Both the position numbers and the translations under genes were made by a program. A stretch of DNA of 64,000 nucleotides from Lytechinus pictus. Its lineage: Eukaryota. The notes under the pieces were generated by a model. That model made no database searches, had not been told where the DNA came from, and saw nothing but the letters and a program-made list of their open reading frames with translations. Below are positions 38,001-53,000 of the stretch, in pieces. Location: NCBI RefSeq assembly GCF_037042905.1, contig NC_087245.1:23004001-23068000 (forward strand), in the 5' to 3' direction. Position 1 is the first letter of the stretch; the number at the start of each line of letters is the position of its first letter.

Positions 38001-41000
38001 CTACGACAGAACTATATGAGGAATATACTTCGCGGAATCTAAATCATGATCGTATAGATGGGTACACGAAATATTCATTCCCGACTGCACAATTTCATAA
38101 ATATACATATACCATTCTCCTTTGTGTTTAAATTACTGGACATGTTTTGTGACGCGTTGAAATAATGTAATCGAATTCCAGTTCCATTTTGTTAATTTTC
38201 AGATACAGATGAAATGCTTACAACAGTCATTTCTAAAATAAACAATTCACTCCTTGGCCTTTCCCCATTAACTTCTACAACACGAATGTTTAGATGTGGT
38301 TGCCTGGGGGTAATTTTATTTTTCTAAATTGGACACAGACATGTAAAGTGCTTTTTAATTATTCAGAAAACCCAACTTTGGAGTTTGCAAACCACTTTCA
38401 TAGGTGTTAACACGTCTTGGGGAATTTTTGATATGACATAACCACGATCACTTTCCCATTCATGTAAATCAATTAGGGATCTCTTCACTTCTGTTATTTA
38501 CTTATTTTAGAGGAAGCATTCAACTCTTTTTTGTGCTTTTAGTTTTCATGGGCAGATTTGAAAATCAAACTCAATCTGCTAAAAAATACATATAAGAGAT
38601 TAATTCGGACAGTTGATTCATGTTGTCATGGCTATTGTAGATTCGGTTGTAATTTGTCAATTGTTTTTTTTTTAGATCCTTCAATACCTGAAATAGACGA
38701 TGATACTCCAAGTAAGTATAGCTTTCCAGTATTATAATATTTTGATAGTTAGTATGGTAATTGGTCTCAGATCTTTTTGAAATATTAAGGCATTTTATGA
38801 AGAGACTCTTCATATCTATTCAGTTGAAAATCGAACATTTTGTTATCAGCCTACGGGGGGGGGGGGATAAAGTAGTATATATCAGTCACAAAAAATCACT
38901 AACCTAAAGCTAAATTAACTTCTACAAGAAAGCAATTTTTCGTTAAAACAGTTCTGTGCATGTCACCATTAATATGCAATGAGCAAGCTGATGCCGTGTC
39001 CCAACTCTTTCGTATGTTAGGCCTATTATATGAAATCGTATTCATTCAAATTATAATTATTACCTAAAATGAAAAAAAAAATCAAATTGACAACTGATTT
39101 AATGCATAAGATATTCATTGCTGCAACTTATTTTGTTACAAGGGGCACATCATACACAAATGTATGAAAAATATCAAGTAAGGTATGTTATGTAATATTA
39201 CGATAGAAAAAGAAAAGTGGGACACCACATCATCAGCATTTTTTTTTCATTTTAGGTAATAATTATAATTTGAATAAATACATATTCATGACGGCATGCA
39301 AAAAACTGTTGCATAAAATATTGCTACACTTAATTTTGTTTGTTCTCAGATTTTGATGAATTTTCAGCGTGTTGGCTCAGTTGTTAGAGCATCCGTCTGA
39401 CAGCCGGGAGGTCGGAAGTTCAAACCCCGGCCGCGCCAGATCAAAAGACGTTATAAAAGATAGGAATTGCTGCTACCAAGTTTAGCGTTGAACAATACAA
39501 GCGATAAAGCAACGTCGATCTGGCGCAGCATAGTGGCTGCTGGGTTCACGATTAATTGGGAAAAACAAATTTTCTATATGGATAGATGGATTCACTCTTT
39601 TTATTTGATGGGAGGACCTAAAGCTATGCACTTTGTTTACAAATGATAAAAACTATGCCAAGTTTAATATTCTGACAAATCATCTTTCATAAATTTGTGT
39701 TAAATATTGTAAAGATTCATAACCAAGAAGAAAATATCACAAAACTCACTAATACGAAAATCCCGCCGTGTTTTCAGAACACCTCTTGATTTCGCCACCT
39801 GATATAGAAAGGGGTCCTAAAGCTACGCACTCAATTTATCATGCAAAGAAAAAGTATTTCCTGTGCCTAAACTTCTAAATAATGTTCATATTCTTCTAGG
39901 AAAATATGAAATCAAAGTGAATATAACTCCAAAATTCCAAACAGTTGCTGGTTTTCTCCGTATTTAGCGATTTATTGCAGCCTCTGTAGAAAAAACTAAA
40001 TAGGAATCGTTCGTCATACTGCAGTCACAGCTCCACACACAGAGTGCGCATTTTGCAATTGAAATTGCATGCGCATTGGAGTGGTGCGTAGCTTTAGGAC
40101 CTCCTAGTACCCAAGTCAAGAGAATTTGGGTCTCTTCCCATTCAGAATCTTCTTAAATCTCAGGTCAGGTTTAATAATGATATGCATACATACACACTAA
40201 GGAATTGAAGTGCAAGAAAGGTACCACTTTGTGGGAAAGGGTGCAGAGTGAGTATTTGAGCGTGGCCCTTTCCTTATTTGGCAGGGTTGCTTTGCGCGCA
40301 CTTGCAATAGTATACCCAGTTGTTGCGTGTCCGGACGATAAATTTTAGAAAGTCATTTGGAAAATTTACAAGGGAAGTTTTATCAATTTTTAGTACAAAA
40401 TGTCAGGAAATATTATAAAGAACAAAATTAAAGATGATTACAACTATTGAATTCATATTTGTAGTGTAATCCAAAGACAAAAAAGAAGGCTTCAAAACTA
40501 TAAAGTGTCCGGACACCCGACCCCCCATCCTACGCGTTATGACCTCGCGAAGACTTAATTGAGTAGTTACGAGACTTTTGGTATTCTGAAAAGTCTCATA
40601 GCGCTCAATTAGCGGACTTTCCAATGGGGAAGATAATGGTGATAAGAGGTCCATTAAGTCTCATCAACTCTTGCTAATTGTGGCTTTCATTTCTTATAAA
40701 TATCATCAAATCGGTTTACTACTGTGACCAAAATAAGGAGGAAGGAACAGTATTAAGGAGAAAGGTATAAAAAGGGAATAGAATAAAGGGAAAGAAGATC
40801 TTATAGAAAAAAGTAAAGAACTAAAATAAGGAATAGGGAATATATTTGGTAATAAAAAAAAATAGAAGAGAGGGAAAAGAGGAACAGAAATTGTGTACAT
40901 AGGGGAAATGTGACTATTATTTTTCTATATTTTCTTTTATTATTAGCATCATACAGCATTTCATTTTTGCACATTATTTTGACAGTTTATTGAGATTGTC

Positions 41001-44000
41001 AAATCACGGTAGGTGCAGCAATGTTTAGGGGTTGAATCAAACTCTGTTTCCGACAATGAAAAAATAAGAATAGACGCCTTTAGTATTTAAATGAATATTC
41101 TCTCATAGAATAAATACCCCCCCCCAAAAAAAAAAAAATGTGAGTAAGAGATGTCATCGTTTTTCCCATCTATAAAATGTCATAAATTTTGTAACATCCA
41201 ATTTTAATAAAATTTCGGGTTTATTATGCTTGTCTGATTTTTAAATCTTTTTATTCAAATCAGCATTTTGTTGGAGATTTCCCATATAATAGAATACAAA
41301 ATAGTTTCAAATAGGTAGATATAAAAATCAGAACGAGTTAGAAATTTAACCAAAAAAAAAAAGAAAACAACAAAGGTACAAGAAAAATGAGAGAGGAAGG
41401 GACAACACAACAGTTAACTTCAACAACATAACGAACTCTAATCTCTGATGCAAAAACATTTAGTATATGGGTAACTTATGAGGAAAGTTATGAGGAAACT
41501 TATGAGACTTTCAGAATACCCCCCCCCCCAGCGGATGGTTGGGGTGCAAGTTTGAACCTCGCGTATAGACTAGGTTCCTGTCATACTTCATCCAAAAATC
41601 AAAATGCTTGCAAAGTTGAACCTGCTCGGCAATGAAAAAAATACTTTTTCCTCTTTGTGTATGTGTAAGAGTGTGCGTCTGTATATGTGTAATGAGAATA
41701 AAACTATTTTACTTGACAAATTGCTCCTAAATAATGTTGTGTAGAGTATATAGGCCTGTATTCTGAAGTCGGGTTTAACTTAAACTCAGGTTTAAAGTTG
41801 TGGTTTAAGTATTGAAAGCCAATTGTTACATAAATTACTAACAGTAGAGAGATCATATTTCAGCTCATTTGGCTCTCAAATCAGTCATAATTGTCTAGGA
41901 AGTATAAACGATGATTGTCTTCACCATGGATGAATCAGGAAAGAGCACAGTAAACATAAGAAACATACAACTTTAAAAAAAAATTGACACTTTTGGCTTC
42001 CATAATTTTAGCACAGAGTTAGAACATGGTCTAAGTTAAACCTGACTTCAGAATACGGGCCATAGTGTCTGGGAACAATTTACTTAGATATCGTACGTAT
42101 TGAGGCGTCTGCGAATTAACAAAATAATTGCATAATTGCAATTCGAATATTATATGAACATGTTACGCTGGTCATGACTTATTTTTTAATTGTATAAGAA
42201 AAGTGGTCTAAGCATGTTTTTTTGTTTTATTTGGGGAATCGGTTCATTAAATGACCTTGGCAAAGATAGTCATTTTAATAACTGTTTCAATAAGCTTTTT
42301 GTAAATCCTTATATACGGGAACCAAGCGTTGTAATTACAGGTGTGTTACCCCATACACACGATATCCATTTCTTTCCTGGTTGTGCCAATTAATTATTGC
42401 GGTATTGAAGGTAGAGTTAGAAATCAGTAACTCTGATTATGTGAATTGAAGAAGGATTCCGTTATCACCTGAAAATTTGAATTGGAAAAAAAAGATGAAG
42501 TGGACGGCCAGACACGGTGGCATCCTGATAGGAAAACCGAGGCAAGTTGGATCCGTGGCCGTATTAATAGGTCCAACCTTTGAAGATGCAGACTAGATGT
42601 CACACTGGGAGCACCATTTTTTTTAAGGGTACAACTTTATACTTCTCTTGAAGGTTCAAATAAGAACATTTGGGGTGCAATTCTGCACCTCATATATGCA
42701 ACTTTGCACCTTTCAGAAAGAAGCAAAGTTGCACCTTTCCAAAAAAGGTGCAAAGTTGCTCCCATTGTGACATCTAGTTTGCACCTTTAAAGTTGCGAGG
42801 TTGAACCTATTTTTCTTAGTGTGTACGAGTGGGTGCCATTTCTGTTTACCCCAGTGCAAACTAATAAATAAAAAATTGATTTATGCAATGTTGTACGTTA
42901 TTGCAGGGGAACACCAAGCATTGAACTTCGAAACCAGAGGTAACGGCAATCCCTACTTCCATGCTGAGTTGGCATTCAAACTATCACAGCCCAGTCGATA
43001 TGATTTCCTTGTTCAGGCTACGGAGGGTGCGATTATATACCTCTCTTCCGGACAAGATGCATCTTCAGCGGTCTACAGGCTTGGTAAGCCACCTTTAATT
43101 CACGTACCACCACATGATACGATGATAAATGCTGACTTTTAAAAGGTATACTATCGCGATTGATTGAATATCTGAAACTAAAACTACGTATTTGTCTAAG
43201 CTATAGGTAGGTTTATTACAACGATGATTTTTAATGACTACTGCAATCAATCTTTACTCTAGGTGGCAGAAATGATGAAAGAGTATTCAAAAATACCTTT
43301 TTAAAAGTTTTCCATTCCAGGCATAATAATAATAGGTATTTATATGGCGCCACCTATCTAGAAATATCCTATTTCTCAGCCCCCGCGCCCCGTGGATACG
43401 GGGTGGTAGTTTGAATTTTACAAAAGCAGACTATAGTTCATGTAGTTGCCTTCAAACATATCTTCAGATATAGATTAAGTCTTTTTCTTCAAAAGTTTAA
43501 AGTAAGCTTCTCTTCATTTTTATCTTGCAAATGCGATTCAATTCTTTCGTTATCATACTCAAGTAATTGGAGACGGAGGCAATACCGTAAGCCTTTATCG
43601 TGGCTCTGGGACCGAACCTATCTCGACCTCAACACCAAACATTCCAGACGACCTGCTCAGTGGAAATAAATATTCCCGATTTTCTCTCACCATCTCCCGA
43701 AATACTGACAAGTATTTGACCATCCTCCTTGAACAGAGATTCTTCCACTCTGCTATTGCACCAAGGTTAGTAATGATAACGATGCTCCAACAATCTGTTA
43801 GTAAATAGCAGAATTGCCTCTACGTGAAAGCAGAGAATACTGTGATATCTAACATGAATATCGAGGGAAAGAAAGAATGAGAAAATAATCAAGAGATATG
43901 ATATCCTTTTTAGGGAACATATGAAAACTTGGAAGGGGAGCGTTAGATCGAAACAATATTTTGAAAGGTTAAGCTAGTGGAAAATCACATTCACCTTCAC

Positions 44001-47000
44001 CTGATTTGAATAAGGTAAAATGAAGAATTTAACTCTATCCTAATCTGATGTAAACATGGTGAATGGGGAATTCTCATTATCTTAACCTGATGTGAACATG
44101 GTGAAATGGGGGAATTCCCCTTACCTTAACCTGATGTGAACATGGTGAAATGGGGAGTTCCCCTTATCTTAAGCTGATGTGAACATGGTGAAATTGGGAG
44201 TTCCCCTTATCTATCTGATGTGAACATGGTGAAATGGGGAATTCTTATCATAATCTGATATGAACATGGTGAAATGGGGGGGGGGGGGGATTACTTATAT
44301 TAACCTGATGTGAACATGGTGAAATGGGGGAATTCCCCTTATCTTAACCTGATGTGAACATGGTGAAATTGGGGAGTTCCCCTTATCTTAAGCTGATGTG
44401 AACATGGTGAAATTGGGAGTTCCCCTTATCTTAACCTGATGTGAACGTGGTGAAATGGGGAGTTCCCCTTATCTTAAGCTGATGTGAACATGGTGAAATT
44501 GGGGAATTCCCTTATCTTAACCTGATGTGAACATGGTGAAATGGGGAGTTCCCCTTATCTTAAGCTGATGTGAACATGGTGAAATTGGGAGTTCCCCTTA
44601 TCTTAATCTGATGTGAACATGGTGAAATGGGGAATTCTTATCTTAATCTGATATGAACATGGTGAAATGGGGGGGGGGTTACTTATATTAACCTGATGAG
44701 AACATGGTAAAATGGGAAATTCACATTTATCTTAACCTGATGTGAACATGGTGAAATGGGGAGGGAGCTCTCCTTATCTTAATGTAATGTGACCATGATA
44801 AAATAAAGGAATTTAACTTCATTCTTATTTGATGTGAACATGGTAAAATTATGAATTCACTTTTATCTTAACCTAGTGTAACATTGTGAAATGGGGAACT
44901 CACCTTTATTTTAACCTGATGTGAACATGGTGGAATGGGGAGCTCTCCGTGTCTTAATCTGATCAGAACATGGTGAAATGGGGAGCTCTCCGTATCTTAA
45001 TGTGATGTGAACATGGTGAAATTGGGAGATCCCCTTATCTCAATCTGATGTGAACATCATTCACAAAATACTGGTGTAGGATGAAAAGAAGAAGTAAAAT
45101 AATAATAATAAAAAGGAAAATATAAAAAGGAAAAGACGAAGAAACGAACAGAAAGAAAAACATTTGGGATGAAATTATACGAATATCATGTGAAAGATTT
45201 ATAGTTGTCTCCGTGTCATCATAGATTGAGGTCCGTTACATTAAACATAAACCCAACTTTGTGAAATATGAAATCCAAGCTGAAAACGTGCCCACTAACG
45301 ATCGCCAAAAAGTTAAGCAAATAGGGACAGTGTATTATTCCTTATTACTTGGAAAGGGAACTGACACCTGGCTGGAATGTCATGATTATTTTGCTCATTT
45401 CTCGGCAATCAGATCATGTGGTATACTAATAATACTCATGAACAATCTACCTTTTTATCGTTACCACAACAGGCATTTATATTCAACAAGGGGTTAAATC
45501 CCTCGCAGTAAATTTCATTATCCTTCTTTGGACTACAATTATGAAATCTATTTAGAATTCAAAGGACGTAAATAGATTCAAGCTCTTTAAAATAATCACT
45601 TGAGGCCAGAATCTCAATTCAGTGAACTTCATAGTCTCATATAGGAAAAACAAAACATATTACATTTAAACAAGTGCAAACCGAGTTAGCAATAATGCAT
45701 ATAGCATTTCCATTTATTTGAAAGCAGGATTAAAGAGCATTGTAGGTTTCATGCCTTGCTCACGGGCATAGGTGCCGCGGCCAGGGATCGAACCCCGGAC
45801 TGTTTATGTATAACCAGGCGACTTAGACCACTCGGCCACGGCACCTCCACAAATCATATTTTTGGGGTTACTGTTTTGCCTTCATAGGACTAAACCCTCC
45901 CTGAAATGTATGGTATAAATAACAGTGGAAATTCCTCAGATGAACAAAATTATTCTAAATCCACAAATACAATAAATAGATTTCAGGCCACAAAACCAAA
46001 ACAAGGACAAAAAGAAGACGAAAAAAAGAAAGAATTTTGAACTCCGAATTGATTCTGTTATAGCTTTGTCATGTATAAAAAAATACATAAAACAGGTAAA
46101 TATGCAAATCATGGGTTGATAATAATAATGATAATAACAATAATGTTTTATTAATAATAATAGAAATAATAATCATTATAATAATAATGATAACAGTTAC
46201 ATTTATATATCGCTTCATACTTTCCGTTTCTAAGTGCTTTACAATGTAATTTTAATACCCCGGTCATAGGATCCATCACTGCCCCATCTCAACTCCTTGG
46301 GGAGTGTCCTGTCCAAATAATCGTTTTTTTTTTATCGGTGCACACATGCCAATGTAATCATTGACGTTCACATCCTATCGGGTACTAATTTAACACTTGG
46401 GTGGAGAGTGACAAACGTGGATAAGTGCATTGCCAAAGGACATTAGTGCCAGGGGGTTCAAACCCTCGACCCTTAGTTTAAACGTCAAGTGGCTGAAACA
46501 CTACACCACGACACAACAATGTACAATACAAAAGAATAATATGGTTTGTCAAAAGTATGTAGCACGCTCCCCTACAAATAGTGTTCTGAAATAGAATTCA
46601 AAGACCTGAACACTGGACTGTACACAAACAAATTGATCAATTAATCAAGCGGGAAAAAAAAGCCCTACCACCAATCGCTGGGCTTTTGTGATCAAAGGCC
46701 ATATATTTGTAAGCCTTGATTGGATTTCACTCTTTTCGTAATATATATCTGGACAGACTCCTGAGCTATACAGAAACATCCACCAAGTACGAGCAGTCGG
46801 CACTTTATCTCGGTTTCGACAGTGTTGCTGGATACACAATCTACTGGCGTTGCTATGTTTTTTTCATCAGATCTGGTAAGGAAATATCTGAATATTGCTC
46901 GGCTAACCCTGTATACAATATACCCCTCGAGATCTGGCGCCCTTGGCTCTGAGAATTTGTGGAAAATAATGTTTCTAAAGTTAACTCGTGCAGTAGGTAA

Positions 47001-50000
47001 ATGTGTTAGTTTATTTCCTTTACCATATTTGCCTCTATTATTACGTCATCCCACTTACGTTTCCCTCACAGGATCTTCTCTTGCTCAAGGATACACCCAA
47101 ACAATCGGAAATGATAGATATATTCAAGTAGGACCATTCGCTGACGGAGACAGGAGGCTTCTTCTAGCTACTTCCTTAGAAAGTGACTTTGTCGTCGAGT
47201 TCCTGGACAGTCACAAAGTTTTAGTTGCTAGAATCTGTAAGTTTAAATCTCCTCTTGAAAAGCAAAGATCTGGTTGAATATGACACATTCCTTTTTTTTT
47301 TCATTTTTAGTACCATAATGTTTGAACAACTGGTTTCACATTACAAAATTAGAATTAGAACCGTTTTTAGGCTCGGGTAAATATTAAGACTTTTCACTTT
47401 CGAACTCGAATTCATCATGTTCATTGTGGAATAAAATATATCTAAAACAGATAAAACATATGTGATCTATTATTATTCACGGGTAAATCATCATCAAATC
47501 GTCTATATATAGATAAAAGGACTTGGTCCCCGGCAAAAAATAGAATTAAATAAAATCTCGCAATTGGGAATGAAAGATACATTTCTTACAACATGGAACT
47601 AGGATCTAATATCATGAAACAAGCTTTGCATACAGCTATTATTTTACATCATATTCGTTTTCGAAGGGCGTCCATTATGTCTGGAAAAAGAAAATAAATG
47701 ATAAGTAAGAGGTCGATCTGATTAACGAGAATTGGTGTATTTTTTCATAAGGAATCGGTCAATTAATCGCAATATCACGGGCAATATACTTTTTGGCAAA
47801 ATCGGAAGTATATTGTAACTAATATAATTGAGCCTTTTCAATTCTTTTGACACGTCTTAATTAGTAATATAAAAATAAGTTACAAGAATTGTCAGCAAGA
47901 ACAAACGAGGAAAGCATATTTTAGGACAAAGCAAATAAGCAATATCTATTTTTGGACTAATAGGCCAAAAGCATCAGGCCAAAATAGGCTTAAGAAAAGA
48001 AATTTCAGGTAACAAGCTGATTTTTTTCAGGATAGGTCCAGGGATATTTCTAGAATAACATACTAAAAGTCTTCATATATCCTCCTTGAGGGTTTTTCGT
48101 AATCCAATAAGGCGTCCAAAATGGCTGCCATTCACAAAAAATGGACGTACATGTAACTCACTATCCACACTAGACATCCAGTTTCGGAGCATATTTCATG
48201 ATTTAAAGGGACAAAAAGATCTATTGATAATTGATACAGGTTAGAGTGAATATAGGTAGACCAGGAAACCTGAAAATCCAAGATCGCGTCCAAAATTTAC
48301 TGCCAAAGCCTAAAAATCCACAATTTATCCATTACTTTTGTTTTAGTCAATGGTTTTAATGACATGGGGACAAGTTACAAGGACATTACCTACAAATGGA
48401 CATAGCTCATTTGATATCTGCCTGGGATGTGTGATTTTGGTGTCTAAATCGTGGTTTGAAGGGTCAAATATTACACCAGGACAAGTTAGACACTTGGGGG
48501 TCCAGTATGTCTAAAAATCCGAAATGGCTTCCAAAAATGGAGTCTACATTGACTGCTGTTAATGGGAAATTGACCTAGTTCATTTACTATCTGCCTGCAT
48601 GGGAGATATGAATTTGGTGTTTAAACCATGGTTTAAAGACCCCAAAAATACATTGGGACAAGTTACAAGAACAGCTAGTGGTCCAGTATGTCCAAAAATT
48701 GAAGATGGCTTCCATATTTGGAATCCATCTTTGATTTTTGGACATGCTTGACCACTGAATGTCCTTGTAACTCTTCCCAATGTACTACTTGACCCTTAAA
48801 CCCCTGAATAGAAACAAAATCAAAGACAATTATACATTGTAGATGAATTGTCGATTTTCAGGTTTTGGCAGCCATTTTTGGACGCCATCTTGGATTTTTA
48901 GGTACCCTGGTCTGCTTTTGTTCACTCTTACCTATACAATTATATTTTTCTACCTCTTTGAACCAGGAAATATGCACCGAAATTGGTTGTCTAGGGTGGA
49001 TAATGAGTGAGTTATGTCCATTTTCTGTAAATGGCGGTCATTTTGGACGCCATCTTAGATACGGAAAACCCTCAAGAAGGATTTATGTGGACTTTTAGAC
49101 GTATTCCCGGACCTATCCTGTTTTGTTACCAAAAATTTCTATGTTAAACCTTAATGCTCTTGGCCTATAAGTTACAGTGCTTTATGATTTGGATTAAGTC
49201 TTTTTAATGACAATTTGTGCTGTGCAGATTATGTTTACTAACTATATAGTCGATTGGAAATTAAAAAGAAAACGATTGTGATTGGTTCCTGGTCAGAGTT
49301 TTAAACGGAATATGTATGTAGAAATGATCTTGATTGGCCAAAGAAATTAAGCGATTGATTATGAACCATCTTTTTCGGAACACTGATATAATTATTGAAA
49401 TCGGCCTCTTGTAAATAAAATACTTCACTTACTTATTTGTGTATTTCATGCAGCTTTTGGTGTAGAGAACAACGCTAGAACTGTCTTCAGCCAAAATGGA
49501 CAAGATATTTCCGCAGACAGGGGCCTGGAGCCAGACAACGACCAATATACATACATCTGGATGTCTTTCAATGAAATCTTCCGAGCAGGATACCAGTTTG
49601 AATCCAAAGCATTCATTACTTCCGAGAGTATCAGTGAACTGGCCAATATCCGCTACGCACAGTTCAAAGCAGGCGATAGCTCACAAACAAACCAATACAC
49701 CTGCTATTTCTGGAGGTACTTCTACGAGGTGGACGGTATGTAGGACATCGCCGCAATCACATTTGAGCTTGTTTGCATGACCTCGACGGCTTATATCAAA
49801 GCATTTGTCATTATATTTTATTCGATAGTTCTTAGTCCTGGCTACATATAGTCATAATAAGTGTAATTTTATATTCCATAACTACCTCCATCAAACAAGT
49901 CCTTGTTGCTTGAATTGCAAATGTGAAGTTCAACGAGTGATCATTGTTATCATTTTTTTAAATGTGCTCTTATTTCTACGTCCATTATGGTTTATATTGA

Positions 50001-53000
50001 TTATCCCAAACAACTGTTCAACATGTTCAACTTCAAGAATTTACAGTGCTCAATCTGAAAACAGAATTCTGGTCGCATGAGGCTCTGTATAGTATTCTTA
50101 TTCCCACAAAATACTGACACGGACAAAACCTTACAGTTTAAAAATCACATGGCAACATTATTAAAAGGTTTAGAACGCATGATTTATCAGTTTTTATATG
50201 CCATTAATTACCATCGTATGAATCACATCGTATTGATATTACTGCCTTCAATATTCATAATATCATCATCATCATCATCATTATCATCATCATCACTATG
50301 AGTGTAACTACATTTTTCATTATTGTTCTCAATACGATTCTTTTCTGTTTTGACAGGTGAATTGGTCGGTCGGTTTAGTAATATCAATTACGAATGCTAT
50401 ACCATGGAAGATGATGCCTGGGGCCATAGTGCGACTGTAACCAGTAAGCTACCGTTGTGCTGGACAAGCTACATTGGTTTCGGCTCTTCCAGAGAAAACG
50501 GTAAGTAACCCTTCCAGTTATGAAAATATAATTGATCGACATCACGAAACTTGAAATTAAGATTTTCAAATATCACTGAACATCCTTTGTTAGTTATAGG
50601 ACACATGACCAATTTCAACGATCAACTTAGTATTTTATTATCATATGCGTGTTTGTTTCTGTTGTTATAGTTTATACGGCACATATCATTCAGCAGTGAA
50701 TATTTGGGCCAAATGATTATTCAATATTTGTTTTCAAAGTCAGGCGAGACTGCCATAGTTATTCCACTTGTCTATTGGTTTGTTGAGAAATGTCACCTGA
50801 AGATTATTATTGCTCAACATCGGAAATTACAGATTTGATTCTCCTTCCCGTGCTAAAAGTATGGCATCTTGACGACTTTTGTATTTAGTTGGAATATAAC
50901 ATAACAATTTTTTCCCTTTTTAGATGCAAAAATAATTGTGTGATTATCAAACTTAATGATATAATTGCGACGACTTGTAAATGGTTAGATATTAAATCGT
51001 TCTTCTGACACTGCTCATTAACCCATTTCAAGATAACACGTTTATTTGAGAATGGCCAATTTCGGAATAGCCTGAAAACTTCAAAAGTTCTACCGATTTC
51101 ACAAAATTTCCTAAAGAGTTATTCCGGCCAAAAATCTGGCAAAATATGACATCAAGCTTTTCATTATCATCGTTTTTGGTAAAAATGAATATTTAATCTA
51201 CCGTTATACGAAAACGAAAAGTAAGCTAATTAATAAATGATTAATAAATCAATTATGAAAATATCCACAAGCATGACAAGTAGGCGAGAATGATCGGGTA
51301 TGGGTATTTAAGCCTGGGGTTCCATATATCTTAATAATTCTGTTGATATAACAGTGTGAATAATTAAACAATAAACTCGTCTCCTGTGTAGATTGTTTGT
51401 TCAATAGAATTGAGCAGTTTTACCTTCCATTATCTGATTATACTGCCCTGGCGTGTTTATTATAAATACACACCTTCACTATGTATTTCAATGTTTGTTT
51501 ATTGAAACATTTCCCTTCAATGCAACAGTATTTGATTATAGAATGTGATGGTGAGAAATTTGAAGTATTTTTTTTTTCATTTCACAATCTTTCTCTTTTC
51601 AATATATTTTGCCAGAACTTACAGAGAATGATTTTGTCATGAGCGCAACGGATGGAACCGAAATTGACACTATCGATCAGTTTAGAATTACCCCCGACAT
51701 AACCACGTAAGTACCACGATTGGAATACGAAAAAAAGAAAAAGACAGTAACAAATACGGTTACGAGGATATTGTTATGATACAACAATAAAAATGTTATA
51801 TGAATTAAAAAGAACTGAAAATTAAAACGATGATGAAGACAAAGGCATTAGCCGTTAGCAGGATGGACGTTACCTGGTGTTAATTTATTGTTCTTCAGGT
51901 GACAGAGATAAGTCATAATTGTTTTAACATTGGAAATAGATATCGCATAAAAAAAAACCAATAAGCCTACTCATGAAAATAGGGACAAACCTCAGGAAAT
52001 TATACCTTCATAGTTTCACGTTTATTTTGCTACATTATTTGTGATTTTGGATACTTTTTCATTGCAAATGTATTGAAAATCAATAAGATAAAGCCGAGTC
52101 AGTTAAAAGTATTTGTTTTGAAGCATGTCTCTGTCTGTCTTTGTAGGGAATTTAACATGATATCAAGAGCAGGGCGGACAAGTCTTTTGAGCTCCGATGG
52201 TACACAAATTCACGAATTTGATGCGACTGACACAGAATATTGTCTTGCTGTCTCGCCATGTCGAAATCTGTCTCGGAAGTCATTCACTTCGCAATCATAT
52301 TCCTTCTCTCCTAAATGTGAGCATTGTCTGTATAATTATTACTTTTCTTATAAATTCATACATTAAGTACTGTAGACATGAAACAAAAATATTACACGTT
52401 CTCGCATTCGGATGTATGTATGTCGAGAATGGATGAATAAAGGTACAGACATTTTGCTTGAGGTTGGTGATTGAAGCAAACGTTTGGAAATGATGACTAT
52501 TTTAGTGCATTTATTCTGCCTATTGCCCGGTTGGAAAACAAGCTATTGCAAATTATGGTAGATGCAGTATTATATATCTATAATTTCAAACTTACGATTG
52601 CTTTAATGTTTGATGCTTATCATTCTAATGCTTGTAGATACATAATGATGTGATTGGGGGAAGTATTGTGGGGGTTGGCTTGAAGTGACCAAGTTACATG
52701 TATGACCATTGTATTTTGCCGATTCTAAATATCTTCTTTTTATTTTCACCATTGGTGTTATGACCTGGATGGGGTTGGGAGGTTTGGGGAGGAAGACCTG
52801 TGGGTTATGGCTATTAAGTTAGCCTTTTCCATACCCAGGCAGCCTCTCCAACTCTCATCCAGGTCTTATTTTCTATATCATGTACAAGTTTGATTGATAC
52901 TGTCTCTGATCTGTTTGTACTCTTATTTTTTTGAATGCCAAATAAAATAATAATAATAATAATAATAATAATGTATGAACAGTGAAAAATCGCTGATTGA

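Noticed and set aside
44030..45058. CRISPR-like appearance of the 43-bp array
   Set aside because: Units are contiguous with no unique spacers, there are no cas genes, and the context is a eukaryotic intron.
42907..46875. Calling the gene a farnesoic acid O-methyltransferase enzyme
   Set aside because: The resemblance is only to the domain family named that way. No SAM-binding motif is visible and the protein is predicted to be secreted.
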